Assembly (NCBI GenBank): GCA_018066045.1
Contig: JAGHSD010000005.1
Span: forward strand, 1-60,915
DNA from: Candidatus Darwinimomas equi
GTDB lineage: Bacteria > Bacillota > Clostridia > Lachnospirales > Lachnospiraceae
Direction: 5' to 3'
Length of the DNA: 60,915 bases
Position numbers and translations under genes: made by a program. The notes beneath the pieces are model-generated. The model saw nothing but the letters and a program-made list of their open reading frames with translations, was not told the DNA's origin and made no database searches. This document shows positions 29,490-39,040 of the stretch, piece after piece. Position 1 is the stretch's first letter, and every line of letters starts with the position of its first letter.

Positions 29490-30710
29490 TCACACATTCG
29501 GGAATACTTCCATTGTAACACTTCCGAGCGGATATGCTGCACACGGATGAATCCATCCGAATTTTTTATCTGCTTCACGTCTTCCGTCAGCCGATTCCGG
29601 CATAAACACATCTCCCGAAACAAGTCTTGAATGACACCATCCGCAGAGGCCTGACCTGCAGTCGCTTGTCACCGGGATTCCGGCCATCTGGCATGCATCT
29701 AACAGTGTCTGGTCGGATCTGCACTTTATCTTTGTCTCCTCGCCGCGGACAATTACAGTAATATCATACTCTTTTCCCGCTGCCTCAGCCGGGTAGCCCT
29801 GTGTTCCTGCGGGGTTTCCGAACTCTCCCGGAACCTCAAAGCGCACGCGTCTCCCCGGCAGTCCGAGCTTCTCTGTCTCCTCTTTCAGGAAATCCATCAT
29901 CGCCTTCGGGCCGCAGGCAAATACGGAATAATCTCCGCTTCCATATTTCTTTATCATCTCGGCAGTTATAAATCCGTGTTCATAACCGTCCTTTTCTTCG
30001 TCTGAAAGAATATGAACAACCTTTACTTTACCCGCTGCCTTTGTTTCAAGTTCGGCAAGTTCATTTTTAAGTAAAATGCTGTCGGCCGTCCGGCTTCCGT
30101 ACAGAATCGTGAGATTAAAATCCTCTGTCCCGTCAGCTATTGCCGCTGCCATCGCATAGAACGGAGTTATACCGCTTCCGCCCGCAGCTGCAATTACATT
30201 CTTCGCATCACGCAGGTCCTGATAATAGAACTGTCCGAGAGGCTGCGAGAACATGATTACATCTCCTTCTTTCCAGTTGTTCAGGATATGCTCACTGGCA
30301 AAACCGTCCGGTGATTTCTTGACCGTGATCATATAACTTGTATTCTTGTCTCCCAGTGCTGCCTTCGGCGCGGATGCAATAGTATACGGTTTTGTTATTA
30401 TGACCCCGTTCATCTCTATTACCGCGGAAATATACTGTCCGGCGCGGAAATACGCGAGTGCCCCCGTTCCGTTTTCATCGTCCTGAACAAATGTAAATGT
30501 CTTTGCATCCGGTTCATTTTTGATTTCTGCGATCCTTGCCTGCTGATAATCGGGATGAAGCCTGCCCGCAAGGATATTGGCATTATATACTGACTTTATC
30601 TCTTCAGCCGGAGCTGCTGCGATATGTGCTTCCCTTACCTTGACTTCATTAAGGAAATCTCCTACTCCGAGGCCTGCAAGGGCCGATTTATCGTAATTAT
30701 ACTTTCCCAT
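29490..30710 (-). CDS. ferredoxin-NAD(P) reductase-like flavoprotein with C-terminal plant-type 2Fe-2S domain
   Basis: I trimmed the start to MGKYNYDK, which has an AAGGAGG RBS. FAD motif KPYTIAS, NAD(P) motif GGSGITP, and 2Fe-2S motif CRSGLCGWCHS. Confidence 0.75.
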   Translation of the reverse strand: MGKYNYDKSALAGLGVGDFLNEVKVREAHIAAAPAEEIKSVYNANILAGRLHPDYQQARIAEIKNEPDAKTFTFVQDDENGTGALAYFRAGQYISAVIEMNGVIITKPYTIASAPKAALGDKNTSYMITVKKSPDGFASEHILNNWKEGDVIMFSQPLGQFYYQDLRDAKNVIAAAGGSGITPFYAMAAAIADGTEDFNLTILYGSRTADSILLKNELAELETKAAGKVKVVHILSDEEKDGYEHGFITAEMIKKYGSGDYSVFACGPKAMMDFLKEETEKLGLPGRRVRFEVPGEFGNPAGTQGYPAEAAGKEYDITVIVRGEETKIKCRSDQTLLDACQMAGIPVTSDCRSGLCGWCHSRLVSGDVFMPESADGRREADKKFGWIHPCAAYPLGSVTMEVFPNV

Positions 30711-30723
30711 TTTCAGACCTCCT

Positions 30724-32262
30724 TTACATTTCCTCAAGCATGTATCTTGCCTGCTCTGCACCTGAAAGATATGCCTGTGAATAACCGTCCATCTGTGTTC
30801 CGTGTCCACCGCAGAAACGGAGTCCCTGAACAGTATGGTCCAGTTTGTGTCCCGACTGAACTCTCGGGAACATTCCGTCCCATCCGGCAGGCGAATAGCC
30901 GTATACATCTCCCTGCGGTGTACCGAGATAGCGTGCCCAGGTTACCGGTGATGCAACAACAAGTTCCTCGATATGGCTCTGAAGATCTATTCCCGTAATC
31001 TTCTCAAAATGTTCAACTATCTCTCTCGCTATCCTGTCCTTAAGCTTAAAATATTCTTCCTCTGTCACATCCCTGAAAGCATCATCTGTGTAGAACTTTG
31101 CGAACTGAACCATACACGTTCCTTCGGGTGAACAGTCCGGAATAACTTCGTTAATTATCGTTACACAGTAGTCCCTGTGTGTATCAAGAGACCCGAATGA
31201 CTCGTATTGTTTAACATTGTCACCTGTAAATCTCACAAAAGTATCATATGCTTTGAATCCCAGCTGTTCGTAGGGAATATCAAGTCCCAGATATAAAGTG
31301 AAACAGTTCTGTCCGATGATTCTTGCCGAAATAAGCTTTTTCTCCCGCTCGGGAACCTCTGCCGGATCCACCATACGTCCGAATACCACTGTCGGCATAA
31401 GATTGCACATCACATTTTCGCACTCTATATACTGACCGTATTTCAGATGAACTCCCTTTACTCTGCCGTCCTTGATATCAATCCTGTCAACCTCCGTGTT
31501 GTACCAGATATCTCCGCCCATTTTTCTTATCGCATCATCAAATGCCATGGATATCTCATGGCTTTTCTCTCTTGCGATCCAGGGTTTCTGTGTAAGATAT
31601 GTATATGTCATGAAGCAATATACCGCAAAACTCATCTGATCGGAATTTGCCGAAATATAATCCCAGTATGACTCAAAGATATACTTTGCCTTTTCGGGAA
31701 GTCCGATGCGGTCCAGCATTTCATTTGTCGATTTGGGAACCACTTTCATAAGATCACCGTACTTAAGCAGCATCTCGATTTTTGCAAGCGGTCCGGGTTC
31801 ATTGTTGTGTGCGGCCAGCCACTCTACGCCGTCGCAGAGCATCCTGCCGTATTCAAGCACGCACTGAACGAATTTCCCCGATCCGGGAACCTCTTTTTCC
31901 ATTGCTGCGGTAAACTCTTTAATACCCACCGGCATGGTAACATCGTATCCCTTTTCCGGATCATAAACTATCGTGCGGAATGCTTCCTCAACTGCTACCC
32001 AGTCTACATTAAGTCCATATCCGTCTAAAAGCTGACGGACCGCACCGACTCTTCCGACCTCATTCTTACCGTCTCCCATCTGGCAAAGCTCATGAAGAGT
32101 AGCTTCAAACTCAAATCGTCCTCTGACAAAGGATGTAGCACATCCTCCGGGAAGATTATGCTTTTCAAGTACCAGCACCTTTTTCCCTGCCCTGGCAAAA
32201 TAAGCTGCTGCAGACAGTCCTCCGTTGCCGGCACCGACTACAATTACGTCATACTTCTTCAT
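30724..32262 (-). CDS. phytoene-desaturase-family (CrtI-like) FAD-dependent oxidoreductase
   Basis: The N-terminal dinucleotide fold is YDVIVVGAGNGGLSAAAYFARAGKKVLVLEKHNLPGGCATSF. The size is 512 aa. Confidence 0.8.
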   Translation of the reverse strand: MKKYDVIVVGAGNGGLSAAAYFARAGKKVLVLEKHNLPGGCATSFVRGRFEFEATLHELCQMGDGKNEVGRVGAVRQLLDGYGLNVDWVAVEEAFRTIVYDPEKGYDVTMPVGIKEFTAAMEKEVPGSGKFVQCVLEYGRMLCDGVEWLAAHNNEPGPLAKIEMLLKYGDLMKVVPKSTNEMLDRIGLPEKAKYIFESYWDYISANSDQMSFAVYCFMTYTYLTQKPWIAREKSHEISMAFDDAIRKMGGDIWYNTEVDRIDIKDGRVKGVHLKYGQYIECENVMCNLMPTVVFGRMVDPAEVPEREKKLISARIIGQNCFTLYLGLDIPYEQLGFKAYDTFVRFTGDNVKQYESFGSLDTHRDYCVTIINEVIPDCSPEGTCMVQFAKFYTDDAFRDVTEEEYFKLKDRIAREIVEHFEKITGIDLQSHIEELVVASPVTWARYLGTPQGDVYGYSPAGWDGMFPRVQSGHKLDHTVQGLRFCGGHGTQMDGYSQAYLSGAEQARYMLEEM

Positions 32263-32280
32263 ATGATGCTTCCTCCTGTT

Positions 32281-33165
32281 TTAAACTTTTTCGCTTACAA
32301 ATGCCGCTCCTAAAATAAGCACTGCTCCGATCAGTCCCTGCCATCCCATGTTTTCATGCAGGATGACCTGCGAAAGAATGATGGCTACGACCGGATCAAT
32401 ATAACTCAATACCGCTATCTGGCTGACTTTGATGTGATTTATCGATTCAAAATACATAAGGTAAACTATACCTGTGTGCACTATACATACTATGGCCAGC
32501 ATCGTGATCGTCAGCGGAGTGAACGACGCCGCAAGCGAAGAATCCGCAAATGCCCCCTTTGCTAAAAGATACGGAATCATCACGACACCTGCCGACAGAA
32601 GCTGAAGCGCAGTCTTCTCATACGGATCCACATCGGTTATAAGTCTTGACCAGCTTACAACGATCGCATACAGCACAGCAGACAACAGTCCGAATACTAT
32701 ACCTGTCAGGTCATTGGTCCCGACTTCAGACGAAAGCACTCCCGATACAAATATCATCCCGACGAATGCCACCAACACGCAAAGGAGCTTCTTCCATGTA
32801 ATCTTTTCCCTGAATACAAACGGTGAGATAAGAATCAGGAATAACGGTTCCATATAATAGCACAGGGTCGCAGTACTTACCGCAGTATAGTTATAGGCCT
32901 CAAACAATGTAACCCAGTTGAATCCCATAATTGCTCCGATCAGCATTATCTGCCATATTTTTCCCTTCAGATGGGAAAATGCAAACGGCCTTCCGCGTAC
33001 TGCCAGAAATATAAAAATAAAGACCGCACCTATGATTCCTCTTGCCATCGCAATGATTCCGGAATCCAGCGGAATAAATCTTCTGAATATGCCTATGGTT
33101 CCGAATGCAGCCATGGCAATAATAAATCTTATCAGGTATTTCCTTGAATCTTTACTGCTGTTCAT
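32281..33165 (-). CDS. EamA/DMT superfamily transporter
   Basis: About 10 TM helices with the two-EamA-repeat architecture. Confidence 0.8.
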   Translation of the reverse strand: MNSSKDSRKYLIRFIIAMAAFGTIGIFRRFIPLDSGIIAMARGIIGAVFIFIFLAVRGRPFAFSHLKGKIWQIMLIGAIMGFNWVTLFEAYNYTAVSTATLCYYMEPLFLILISPFVFREKITWKKLLCVLVAFVGMIFVSGVLSSEVGTNDLTGIVFGLLSAVLYAIVVSWSRLITDVDPYEKTALQLLSAGVVMIPYLLAKGAFADSSLAASFTPLTITMLAIVCIVHTGIVYLMYFESINHIKVSQIAVLSYIDPVVAIILSQVILHENMGWQGLIGAVLILGAAFVSEKV

Positions 33166-33276
33166 AACTTCTGCCCCAACATGTTGTGTCTGTGTCTAAA
33201 GGATGCACAACAGTTCTTACAACATTCTTACATTCGATTACGTTGTCTTTAAATCTCTTTATTATTGTCCTTTATT

Positions 33277-33285
33277 TGATATAAT
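33277..33285 (+). promoter_or_regulatory. extended -10 promoter element (TGaTATAAT)
   Basis: TG-a-TATAAT lies about 38 nt upstream of the ATG at 33323. The -35 element is weak. Confidence 0.35.
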
Positions 33286-33322
33286 AATCTTACCAAATTG
33301 GGAAAGGAGGAGCAAGATATCT

Positions 33323-33727
33323 ATGATTATTAAAAGCAGATTATTTGCTTTGGTTCTTGTTGTCGTCCTTTCTGTAAGTTTTGCCGTACCGGCATATGCC
33401 GCTCCCAGCGGAAGAATCTACGGTGACGAAGATATTATCGATGATACCGGTGAGCGTGTATGGGAGAAGATCGACGGCGAATGGAGATGCACCGATGCCG
33501 AAGGTGATCCGGTAAGAGGATGGGCCAAGCGCGACAATCACGTTTATTTCCTCGCAAAGGATGGCTTCCCCAAAACCGGATGGATTAAAGATAACGGTCA
33601 CTGGTATTACATGTATACCGAATCTGATTCGGTAGATAAGGAACTCATCGGTACGCTTGCAACGGATACATGGATAGATAACTATTATGTAGACAAGACA
33701 GGTGCCCAGACAAAAATAAAGAGATAA
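33323..33727 (+). CDS. small secreted protein with cell-wall-binding (CW_binding_1-type) repeats
   Basis: I trimmed the start to MIIKSRLFALVLVVVLSVSFAVPAYA (signal peptide), which has a GGAAAGGAGG RBS. Repeats include GWAKRDNHVYFLAKDG and GWIKDNGHWYYMY. Confidence 0.7.
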   Translation: MIIKSRLFALVLVVVLSVSFAVPAYAAPSGRIYGDEDIIDDTGERVWEKIDGEWRCTDAEGDPVRGWAKRDNHVYFLAKDGFPKTGWIKDNGHWYYMYTESDSVDKELIGTLATDTWIDNYYVDKTGAQTKIKR

Positions 33728-33731
33728 AAAT

Positions 33732-33759
33732 AAAACCGCCGAAGCGGTTTTATTTTTTT
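33732..33759. terminator. bidirectional intrinsic terminator between convergent genes
   Basis: aaaccgc-cgaa-gcggttt flanked by an A-run on one side and a T-run on the other. Confidence 0.8.
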
Positions 33760-33768
33760 GCATCGATA

Positions 33769-34035
33769 TTACTGAGTTTCCGGCTCGCTCTTGTCATATG
33801 CGTCAAGAATCAAGCGCTGGATCTGTTCTCTGGTAGAAGAATTTATCGGGTGTGCAATATCCCGATATTCACCGTCTGATGCCATACGGCTCGGCATTGC
33901 TATAAACAAACCCTTTTCGCCTTCTATCACTTTGATGTCATGAACCACAAATTCATCATCAATGGTAATAGATACGATGGCACGCATCTTGCCGTCTTTG
34001 TCAATCCTTCTGACCCTGATATCAGTAATGTTCAT
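33769..34035 (-). CDS. spoVG: septation protein SpoVG
   Basis: [50 protein letters not shown]. Confidence 0.95.
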   Translation of the reverse strand: MNITDIRVRRIDKDGKMRAIVSITIDDEFVVHDIKVIEGEKGLFIAMPSRMASDGEYRDIAHPINSSTREQIQRLILDAYDKSEPETQ

Positions 34036-34055
34036 CCTGCCCCTCCTTTTGATTG

Positions 34056-35174
34056 TTACAAGGAGTATTCTCCCAATATCTCAACAACGACTTTGATTTC
34101 TTCGGGGCTGCCGATGTATCTTGAATTATTTTCAAGAGTACTGCGGCTTTCAATTATGCAATTCTCAACAGTCGCATTATCGCCGATGTAGACATCGCCA
34201 AGCACTATAGAGTTCCTGACTACCGCACCATCACCGACATAGGCATTGTCAAATAATATGGAATTTTCAACTTTGCCGTTGATTATACATCCTCCGGAAA
34301 TCAGAGAATTCTTTACTTCTGCTCCCGGGTTGTACTTTGCAGGCGGATTGTCATATACCTTTGAATATATTTCCGGAGCGCCTTTGAAATAATTTCTTAT
34401 CTCAGACTTCAGGAAATCCATATTCGTTTTGTAGTATGACTCCACCGAGGAGATGTTACTCCAATAACTCTCGAAATTGTAAGCGTATATACGCTTATGT
34501 TTTCTATATCTGATAATAATATCTCTTACGATATCATATCTTTCTTCAGCTGCGCACTCCTCCAGCATCTCGATGAGCAGCCTTCTTCTTATTACGTAAA
34601 TACCGCACGAAACAAATCTTGATGATGAATCGACAGGTTTTTCCTCCAATTCTGTGATTCTTCCATCTTCTGCGGTATGTACGACTCCGAATCGGGAGAT
34701 GTCCTCATCTTCGCATAAATTCGTACAAACAACTGTTATATCTGCCTTCTTCTCTATGTGATACTCAATCACCCTGTTGTAATCCATCTTATATACTCCG
34801 TCTCCGGATGTGATGATCACATAAGGTTCATGAGATCTGTAAAGGAAATTCAGGTTTTGATATAGTGAATCTGCCGTTCCTCTGTACCAGTCGGAATGCT
34901 GAGATGTTATGGTCGGGGAGAAAACAAAAAGTCCTCCCTGCTTTCTTCCGAAATCCCACCATTTAGATGAGTTTAAATGCTCGTTCAGGCTGACCGAATT
35001 GAACTGTGTCAGTACTCCGACCCTCTGAATATGAGAATTGGACATATTACTCAGCGTAAAATCTATTGCTCTGTAACTTCCTGCAATCGGCATTGCTGAT
35101 ACAGCACGCAGATTGGAAAGCTCTTTCATTCTCTTTGATCCGCCTCCGGCAAGTATTATTCCTAATGCTTTCAT
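34056..35174 (-). CDS. glgD: glucose-1-phosphate adenylyltransferase regulatory subunit GlgD
   Basis: [18 protein letters not shown], and C-terminal left-handed beta-helix repeats. It overlaps glgC by 4 nt. Confidence 0.85.
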   Translation of the reverse strand: MKALGIILAGGGSKRMKELSNLRAVSAMPIAGSYRAIDFTLSNMSNSHIQRVGVLTQFNSVSLNEHLNSSKWWDFGRKQGGLFVFSPTITSQHSDWYRGTADSLYQNLNFLYRSHEPYVIITSGDGVYKMDYNRVIEYHIEKKADITVVCTNLCEDEDISRFGVVHTAEDGRITELEEKPVDSSSRFVSCGIYVIRRRLLIEMLEECAAEERYDIVRDIIIRYRKHKRIYAYNFESYWSNISSVESYYKTNMDFLKSEIRNYFKGAPEIYSKVYDNPPAKYNPGAEVKNSLISGGCIINGKVENSILFDNAYVGDGAVVRNSIVLGDVYIGDNATVENCIIESRSTLENNSRYIGSPEEIKVVVEILGEYSL

Positions 35175-36445
35175 GATTCTTCACCTGCCTTTACAAGATA
35201 TCCTCCGCCCGGAAGCATACCGTCCTGATAATCGGAAGCTGTCGTAACTCCCCATACTGCCGTGTTCTTACCTATCTTCGTTCCGTACGGTATAACAGTC
35301 TTCTCACCGATGACCGCAAGATCCGAACAGTATACACGGCTGTCGACAGCATTTTCCCTGTATTCTCCTATACCGATCTCACAGTTCCTGCCGATTACGG
35401 TATTCTCTGCAACGATACTCTTATACAGTTTCGATCCGGCACCTATCACGGTTCCTTCCATAACGATGGAATCGTAAACCTCCGCGCCTTCTTCTATGGT
35501 AACCCCGCTGCCTATGACAGAATTCTTTACCGTTCCGTATATCTCGGTTCCCTTGGTGACGAGGCTTCTCTCTATTACTGCGTTATTTCCCACATACTGC
35601 GGGCAGAGAGTATCCTGCTTGGTATAAATCTTCCAGAACTCCTCATAAAGGTTAAATTCCGGAACGATATCAATAAGCTCCATGTTGGCTTCCCAGTAAC
35701 TCTGAAGCGTTCCTACATCCTTCCAGTATCCGTTAAACTCATATGCAAAGATGCGTTTGCCTTTCTCATGCGCATACGGGATAACATGCTTTCCGAAATC
35801 ACATCCCGGAACATCCTTCAGCTCCTCAAGTGCCTGGAACAGAAGATCTGCCTTGAAGATATAGATTCCCATGGAAGCAAGGTCGCTCTTGGGCTCTTCC
35901 GGCTTTTCCTGGAATTCGGTAATGCGTCCGGTCTCATCCGTAACCACGATACCGAACCGCTTTGCTTCCTGAATCGGAACCTGCATTACAGCGATGGTAA
36001 CATCCGCATTATTTGCCTTGTGATAATCAAGCAGCATTTCGTAATCCATCTTATAGATATGATCGCCTGAAAGAATAAGAACATAATCCGGATCAAATTC
36101 CTTCATGTAGTCTATATTCTGATAGATGGCATTGGCTGTACCTGAATACCAGTCGCTCCCTTTTATGTTTTCATACGGCGGAAGTATCGTCACTCCACCG
36201 TTGTTTCTGTCAAGATCCCACGGAATACCTATTCCGATGTGAGTATTCAGTCTTAACGGCTGATACTGGGTAAGCACACCTACCGTATCCACTCCTGAAT
36301 TTATACAGTTACTCAGCGGAAAATCAATAATGCGATATTTGGCACCAAAAGAAACAGCAGGCTTGGCGACCTTCTGAGTTAGAACTCCCAGACGGCTTCC
36401 CTGACCTCCTGCCAGAAGCATTGCTATCATTTCCTTCTTAATCAC
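35171..36445 (-). CDS. glgC: glucose-1-phosphate adenylyltransferase
   Basis: [45 protein letters not shown]. Confidence 0.9.
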   Translation of the reverse strand: MIKKEMIAMLLAGGQGSRLGVLTQKVAKPAVSFGAKYRIIDFPLSNCINSGVDTVGVLTQYQPLRLNTHIGIGIPWDLDRNNGGVTILPPYENIKGSDWYSGTANAIYQNIDYMKEFDPDYVLILSGDHIYKMDYEMLLDYHKANNADVTIAVMQVPIQEAKRFGIVVTDETGRITEFQEKPEEPKSDLASMGIYIFKADLLFQALEELKDVPGCDFGKHVIPYAHEKGKRIFAYEFNGYWKDVGTLQSYWEANMELIDIVPEFNLYEEFWKIYTKQDTLCPQYVGNNAVIERSLVTKGTEIYGTVKNSVIGSGVTIEEGAEVYDSIVMEGTVIGAGSKLYKSIVAENTVIGRNCEIGIGEYRENAVDSRVYCSDLAVIGEKTVIPYGTKIGKNTAVWGVTTASDYQDGMLPGGGYLVKAGEES

Positions 36446-36607
36446 GCAATCACCTCGCAGTCAAAAATGTACATTTACAGAAACATTATACTCCTGTCCG
36501 TATGCAAAGTGAACAAAATAGCGTCGAAAATTCTACCAAATTTGTGTATATTTTTTGTGCATTTATTATAATATTTTAGAAAAAAGCTATGTTTTTTCTA
36601 AATCTTA

Positions 36608-36616
36608 TGGTAGAAT
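36608..36616 (+). promoter_or_regulatory. extended -10 promoter element (TGgTAGAAT) for tRNA-Gly
   Basis: It lies about 25 nt upstream of the mature tRNA 5' end. Confidence 0.4.
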
Positions 36617-36640
36617 ACAACTGTTGCGAGAGCAGTTACC

Positions 36641-36711
36641 GCAGGTGTAGTTCAGTGGTAGAATGTCAGCCTTCCAAGCTGAATATGTGGGTTCGATTCC
36701 CATCACCTGCT
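36641..36711 (+). tRNA. tRNA-Gly(TCC)
   Basis: GCAGGTGTAGTTCAGTGGTAGAATGTCAGCCTTCCAAGCTGAATATGTGGGTTCGATTCCCATCACCTGCT. The cloverleaf is canonical, with anticodon loop CU-UCC-AA. CCA is not encoded. Confidence 0.95.
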
Positions 36712-36721
36712 GCGAAACATA

Positions 36722-36766
36722 AAAAGAGACACACGCTCGCCTTTACGGGCATGTGTCTCTTTTTAT
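36722..36766 (+). terminator. intrinsic terminator after tRNA-Gly
   Basis: aaagagacaca...tgtgtctcttt stem followed by a T-run. Confidence 0.8.
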
Positions 36767-36822
36767 GTTACTATTGCGGCTTATATGCCCACTCTTTTAC
36801 TACTCCGTTTTCTACAACATGA

Positions 36823-37149
36823 CCATCCGCATCAATCGCTGCGGTTGAATATGATGATGAAAACCGTATTTTTTCAGGGCATGTTGTAAATACTCGTACA
36901 ATAATTACTTTTCATGGAACTACAGTTGATGAACTGGAAAAAGAATTTCAGATTTCAGTAAATGACTATCTGGAATGGTGCAATGAAGATGGTATAGATC
37001 CTGAGCGTCCTTATTCCGGAAAATTTAATGTCCGCTTCACTCCGGAGCTGCACCGCCAGGCTGCCATTGCCGCAATGTCACACGGCATGTCGTTAAATGC
37101 TTTTATGGAAAAAGCGGCTGAAGATGAAATCTGTGCTATGGCAAATTAG
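36823..37149 (+). pseudogene. HicB-family antitoxin remnant (no usable start codon, N-terminus missing)
   Basis: My translation of the open frame reads PSASIAAVEYDDENRIFSGHVVNTRTIITFHGTTVDELEKEFQISVNDYLEWCNEDGIDPERPYSGKFNVRFTPELHRQAAIAAMSHGMSLNAFMEKAAEDEICAMAN*. This is the HicB fold plus an RHH-like tail. There is no in-frame ATG/GTG/TTG before the last ~20 codons. An out-of-frame ATG (MTIRINRCG*) sits just upstream. No hicA is present. Confidence 0.6.
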
Positions 37150-37157
37150 ATTTTGTG

Positions 37158-37802
37158 CTACATCTGATATTTCTGTAAATCTACTCTGCCGTCGATTACA
37201 ATTACGCCTTCGCGCTTCAGCATGTCTTCCTGGACTTTTTCTCCACCGAATGCGAATGCCCCGGCCAGATTTCCTTTTGAATCAACCACCCTATGGCAAG
37301 GGATTATTCCCGGTTCCGGATTTTTATGAAGTGCATTTCCTACTGCTCTGGCCATTCTTTCATTTCCGGCCATCGCCGCAATCTGTGCATATGTAGCAAC
37401 TTTTCCTTTAGGAATCCTTTTGACTGCTTCGTATATCCTTTTAGTCGGACTGTCAGTTACGATATCATAGCTTTCTGCAATCATTCTTTTTATCTCGGAA
37501 TCCGGAATTGTCCCATCCAGAATTATCGTATTCCAGTGTTCTTTGTTCTGGTGCCATCCTGGAATAACTGATGCATAAGCTTTTCTCCAGAGGTCTCTCC
37601 ACTTGGGAGATGCTTTTACGTTAAGGTTGATAAGTCCGTTTCTCTCATATGTCCATAAAAATGCTTTTCTGTTTTCCCGCACACGTACCAGCTGCCAGTT
37701 ATCGTCATGAAACGGGGCTTCCTGATATGTGTCCGGCAGACTTAATCCGTATGAAAGTGCTTCTTTGCGTGTTAACATTTTTCTCGGTCTTCCGTGTTTC
37801 AA
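37158..37802 (-). CDS. fusion of MmcQ/YjbR-family domain and MGMT (O6-alkylguanine-DNA alkyltransferase) DNA-binding/active-site domain
   Basis: The N-terminal half is YjbR-like (PFHDDNWQLVRV...HWNTIILDG). The C-terminal half has VATYAQIA...IPCHRVV (PCHR active site). Confidence 0.8.
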   Translation of the reverse strand: MKHGRPRKMLTRKEALSYGLSLPDTYQEAPFHDDNWQLVRVRENRKAFLWTYERNGLINLNVKASPKWRDLWRKAYASVIPGWHQNKEHWNTIILDGTIPDSEIKRMIAESYDIVTDSPTKRIYEAVKRIPKGKVATYAQIAAMAGNERMARAVGNALHKNPEPGIIPCHRVVDSKGNLAGAFAFGGEKVQEDMLKREGVIVIDGRVDLQKYQM

Positions 37803-38329
37803 TAATTGGTGATTACTCTTTCCAGTAATCTGAACTTTGTCGGATAGCCGATGTCCTCATAAAAGATCTCGACCGTGTCAATGTATTTAAAGCCGAATTT
37901 ATGATACAGTCCTTCGACCTCGTATCCGTCAAAGACATCTATCCGAATGGCTTTTATATTGGATTCTGCAGCAAGCCTTATGATGTAGTCAAGGGTCTGC
38001 TTTGCAAATCCTCGCCCTTCGTACTCCGGGGCTATGCGAAATGCATGCAGTATCCATACCTCGTCTTGCGTTGCATCAATCTGCCATTTAACTTTATTGT
38101 ATGCATCCGGGCATTCGTGATTGACGATTGCTGCCATAACGATGATGCCGTCTTCAATGCCTACAATCTGTCCTCCGGTTTCTATCGCACGCGCCATCAT
38201 TTCCCGTGAGGGGTATACTTCGTTATCCGGATTGTAGCTGTCGGTACGAGTATTAATGACTTCGTTCATCCGAATAAAGAATGCTGCCAGTTCTTCTGTA
38301 TCGTTTTGTGTCGCTTTTCTTATTTCCAT
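37799..38329 (-). CDS. GNAT family N-acetyltransferase
   Basis: The acetyl-CoA binding region is FRIAPEYEGRGFAKQTLDYI. The size is 176 aa. Confidence 0.8.
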   Translation of the reverse strand: MEIRKATQNDTEELAAFFIRMNEVINTRTDSYNPDNEVYPSREMMARAIETGGQIVGIEDGIIVMAAIVNHECPDAYNKVKWQIDATQDEVWILHAFRIAPEYEGRGFAKQTLDYIIRLAAESNIKAIRIDVFDGYEVEGLYHKFGFKYIDTVEIFYEDIGYPTKFRLLERVITNY

Positions 38330-38338
38330 AGTTATAGT

Positions 38339-38369
38339 TTTTATGACAAACGAAACGTCCCCTTGTCAC
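38339..38369. repeat. 31-bp direct repeat, copy A (covers last 7 codons and stop of rluA-family gene)
   Basis: ttttatgacaaacgaaacgtccccttgtcac, 29/31 identical to copy B. It contains the palindrome tgacaa...ttgtca. Confidence 0.9.
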
Positions 38370-38979
38370 CAAAATCCAAAGCATTTCCCTTCGTCGGATG
38401 AGAAAAAGCTAAGTGAACCATCTTAAGTTTCATCGGTCCGTTTGAACGATTATCATTATACAACACATCTCCCACAATCGGGTGGCCGATATGCGCCATA
38501 TGAACCCTTATCTGATGTGTGCGTCCGGTTTCGAGAATGCATCTGATCCTTGCGGTTCCCGAGCTGCGTTCTATGACTGCATATCGCGTTAGTGCATATT
38601 CCCCGTCATCTCTCACACATCTTCTGATGTCGTGCACATCTTCATTTGCTCTGACAATAGGCGCCTCTATTATTCCCTCATCCGGCAAGCTTCCGTCATC
38701 TTCCACAATGGCTTCATACTCCCTAAGTATCTTTTTCTCTGCCATCTGCCGGTTAAGATTCTGAGCCGACTCCAGGGTTTTTGCAATTAAAACAAGACCG
38801 GAAGTATCCTTGTCCAGCCTTGTTAAGCATCTGAAAGTAAATTCATCTTCAGAAAGCTTCAGGTGCTCCCGAACCATATCGGCAAGCGTATCCCCCTGAT
38901 GCAGCTTACTCGGGTGAACCGGCATTCCTCCCGGCTTTTCCACAATAATTATTTCATTGTCTTCATACACTATAAACAC
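38341..38979 (-). CDS. RluA-family pseudouridine synthase (no S4 domain)
   Basis: IVYEDNEIIIVEKPGGMPVHP, LTRLDKDTSGLVLIAK (catalytic Asp), THQIRVHMAHIGHPIVGD. It uses a GTG start. Confidence 0.85.
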   Translation of the reverse strand: MFIVYEDNEIIIVEKPGGMPVHPSKLHQGDTLADMVREHLKLSEDEFTFRCLTRLDKDTSGLVLIAKTLESAQNLNRQMAEKKILREYEAIVEDDGSLPDEGIIEAPIVRANEDVHDIRRCVRDDGEYALTRYAVIERSSGTARIRCILETGRTHQIRVHMAHIGHPIVGDVLYNDNRSNGPMKLKMVHLAFSHPTKGNALDFGDKGTFRLS

Positions 38980-38990
38980 TTACGACTGAG

Positions 38991-39021
38991 TTTTATGACA
39001 AACGAAACGTCCCTCTGTCAC
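38991..39021. repeat. 31-bp direct repeat, copy B (intergenic, 11 nt upstream of rluA-family start)
   Basis: ttttatgacaaacgaaacgtccctctgtcac. Confidence 0.9.
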
Positions 39022-39040
39022 ATTTTGAAATGAGCCCTTG

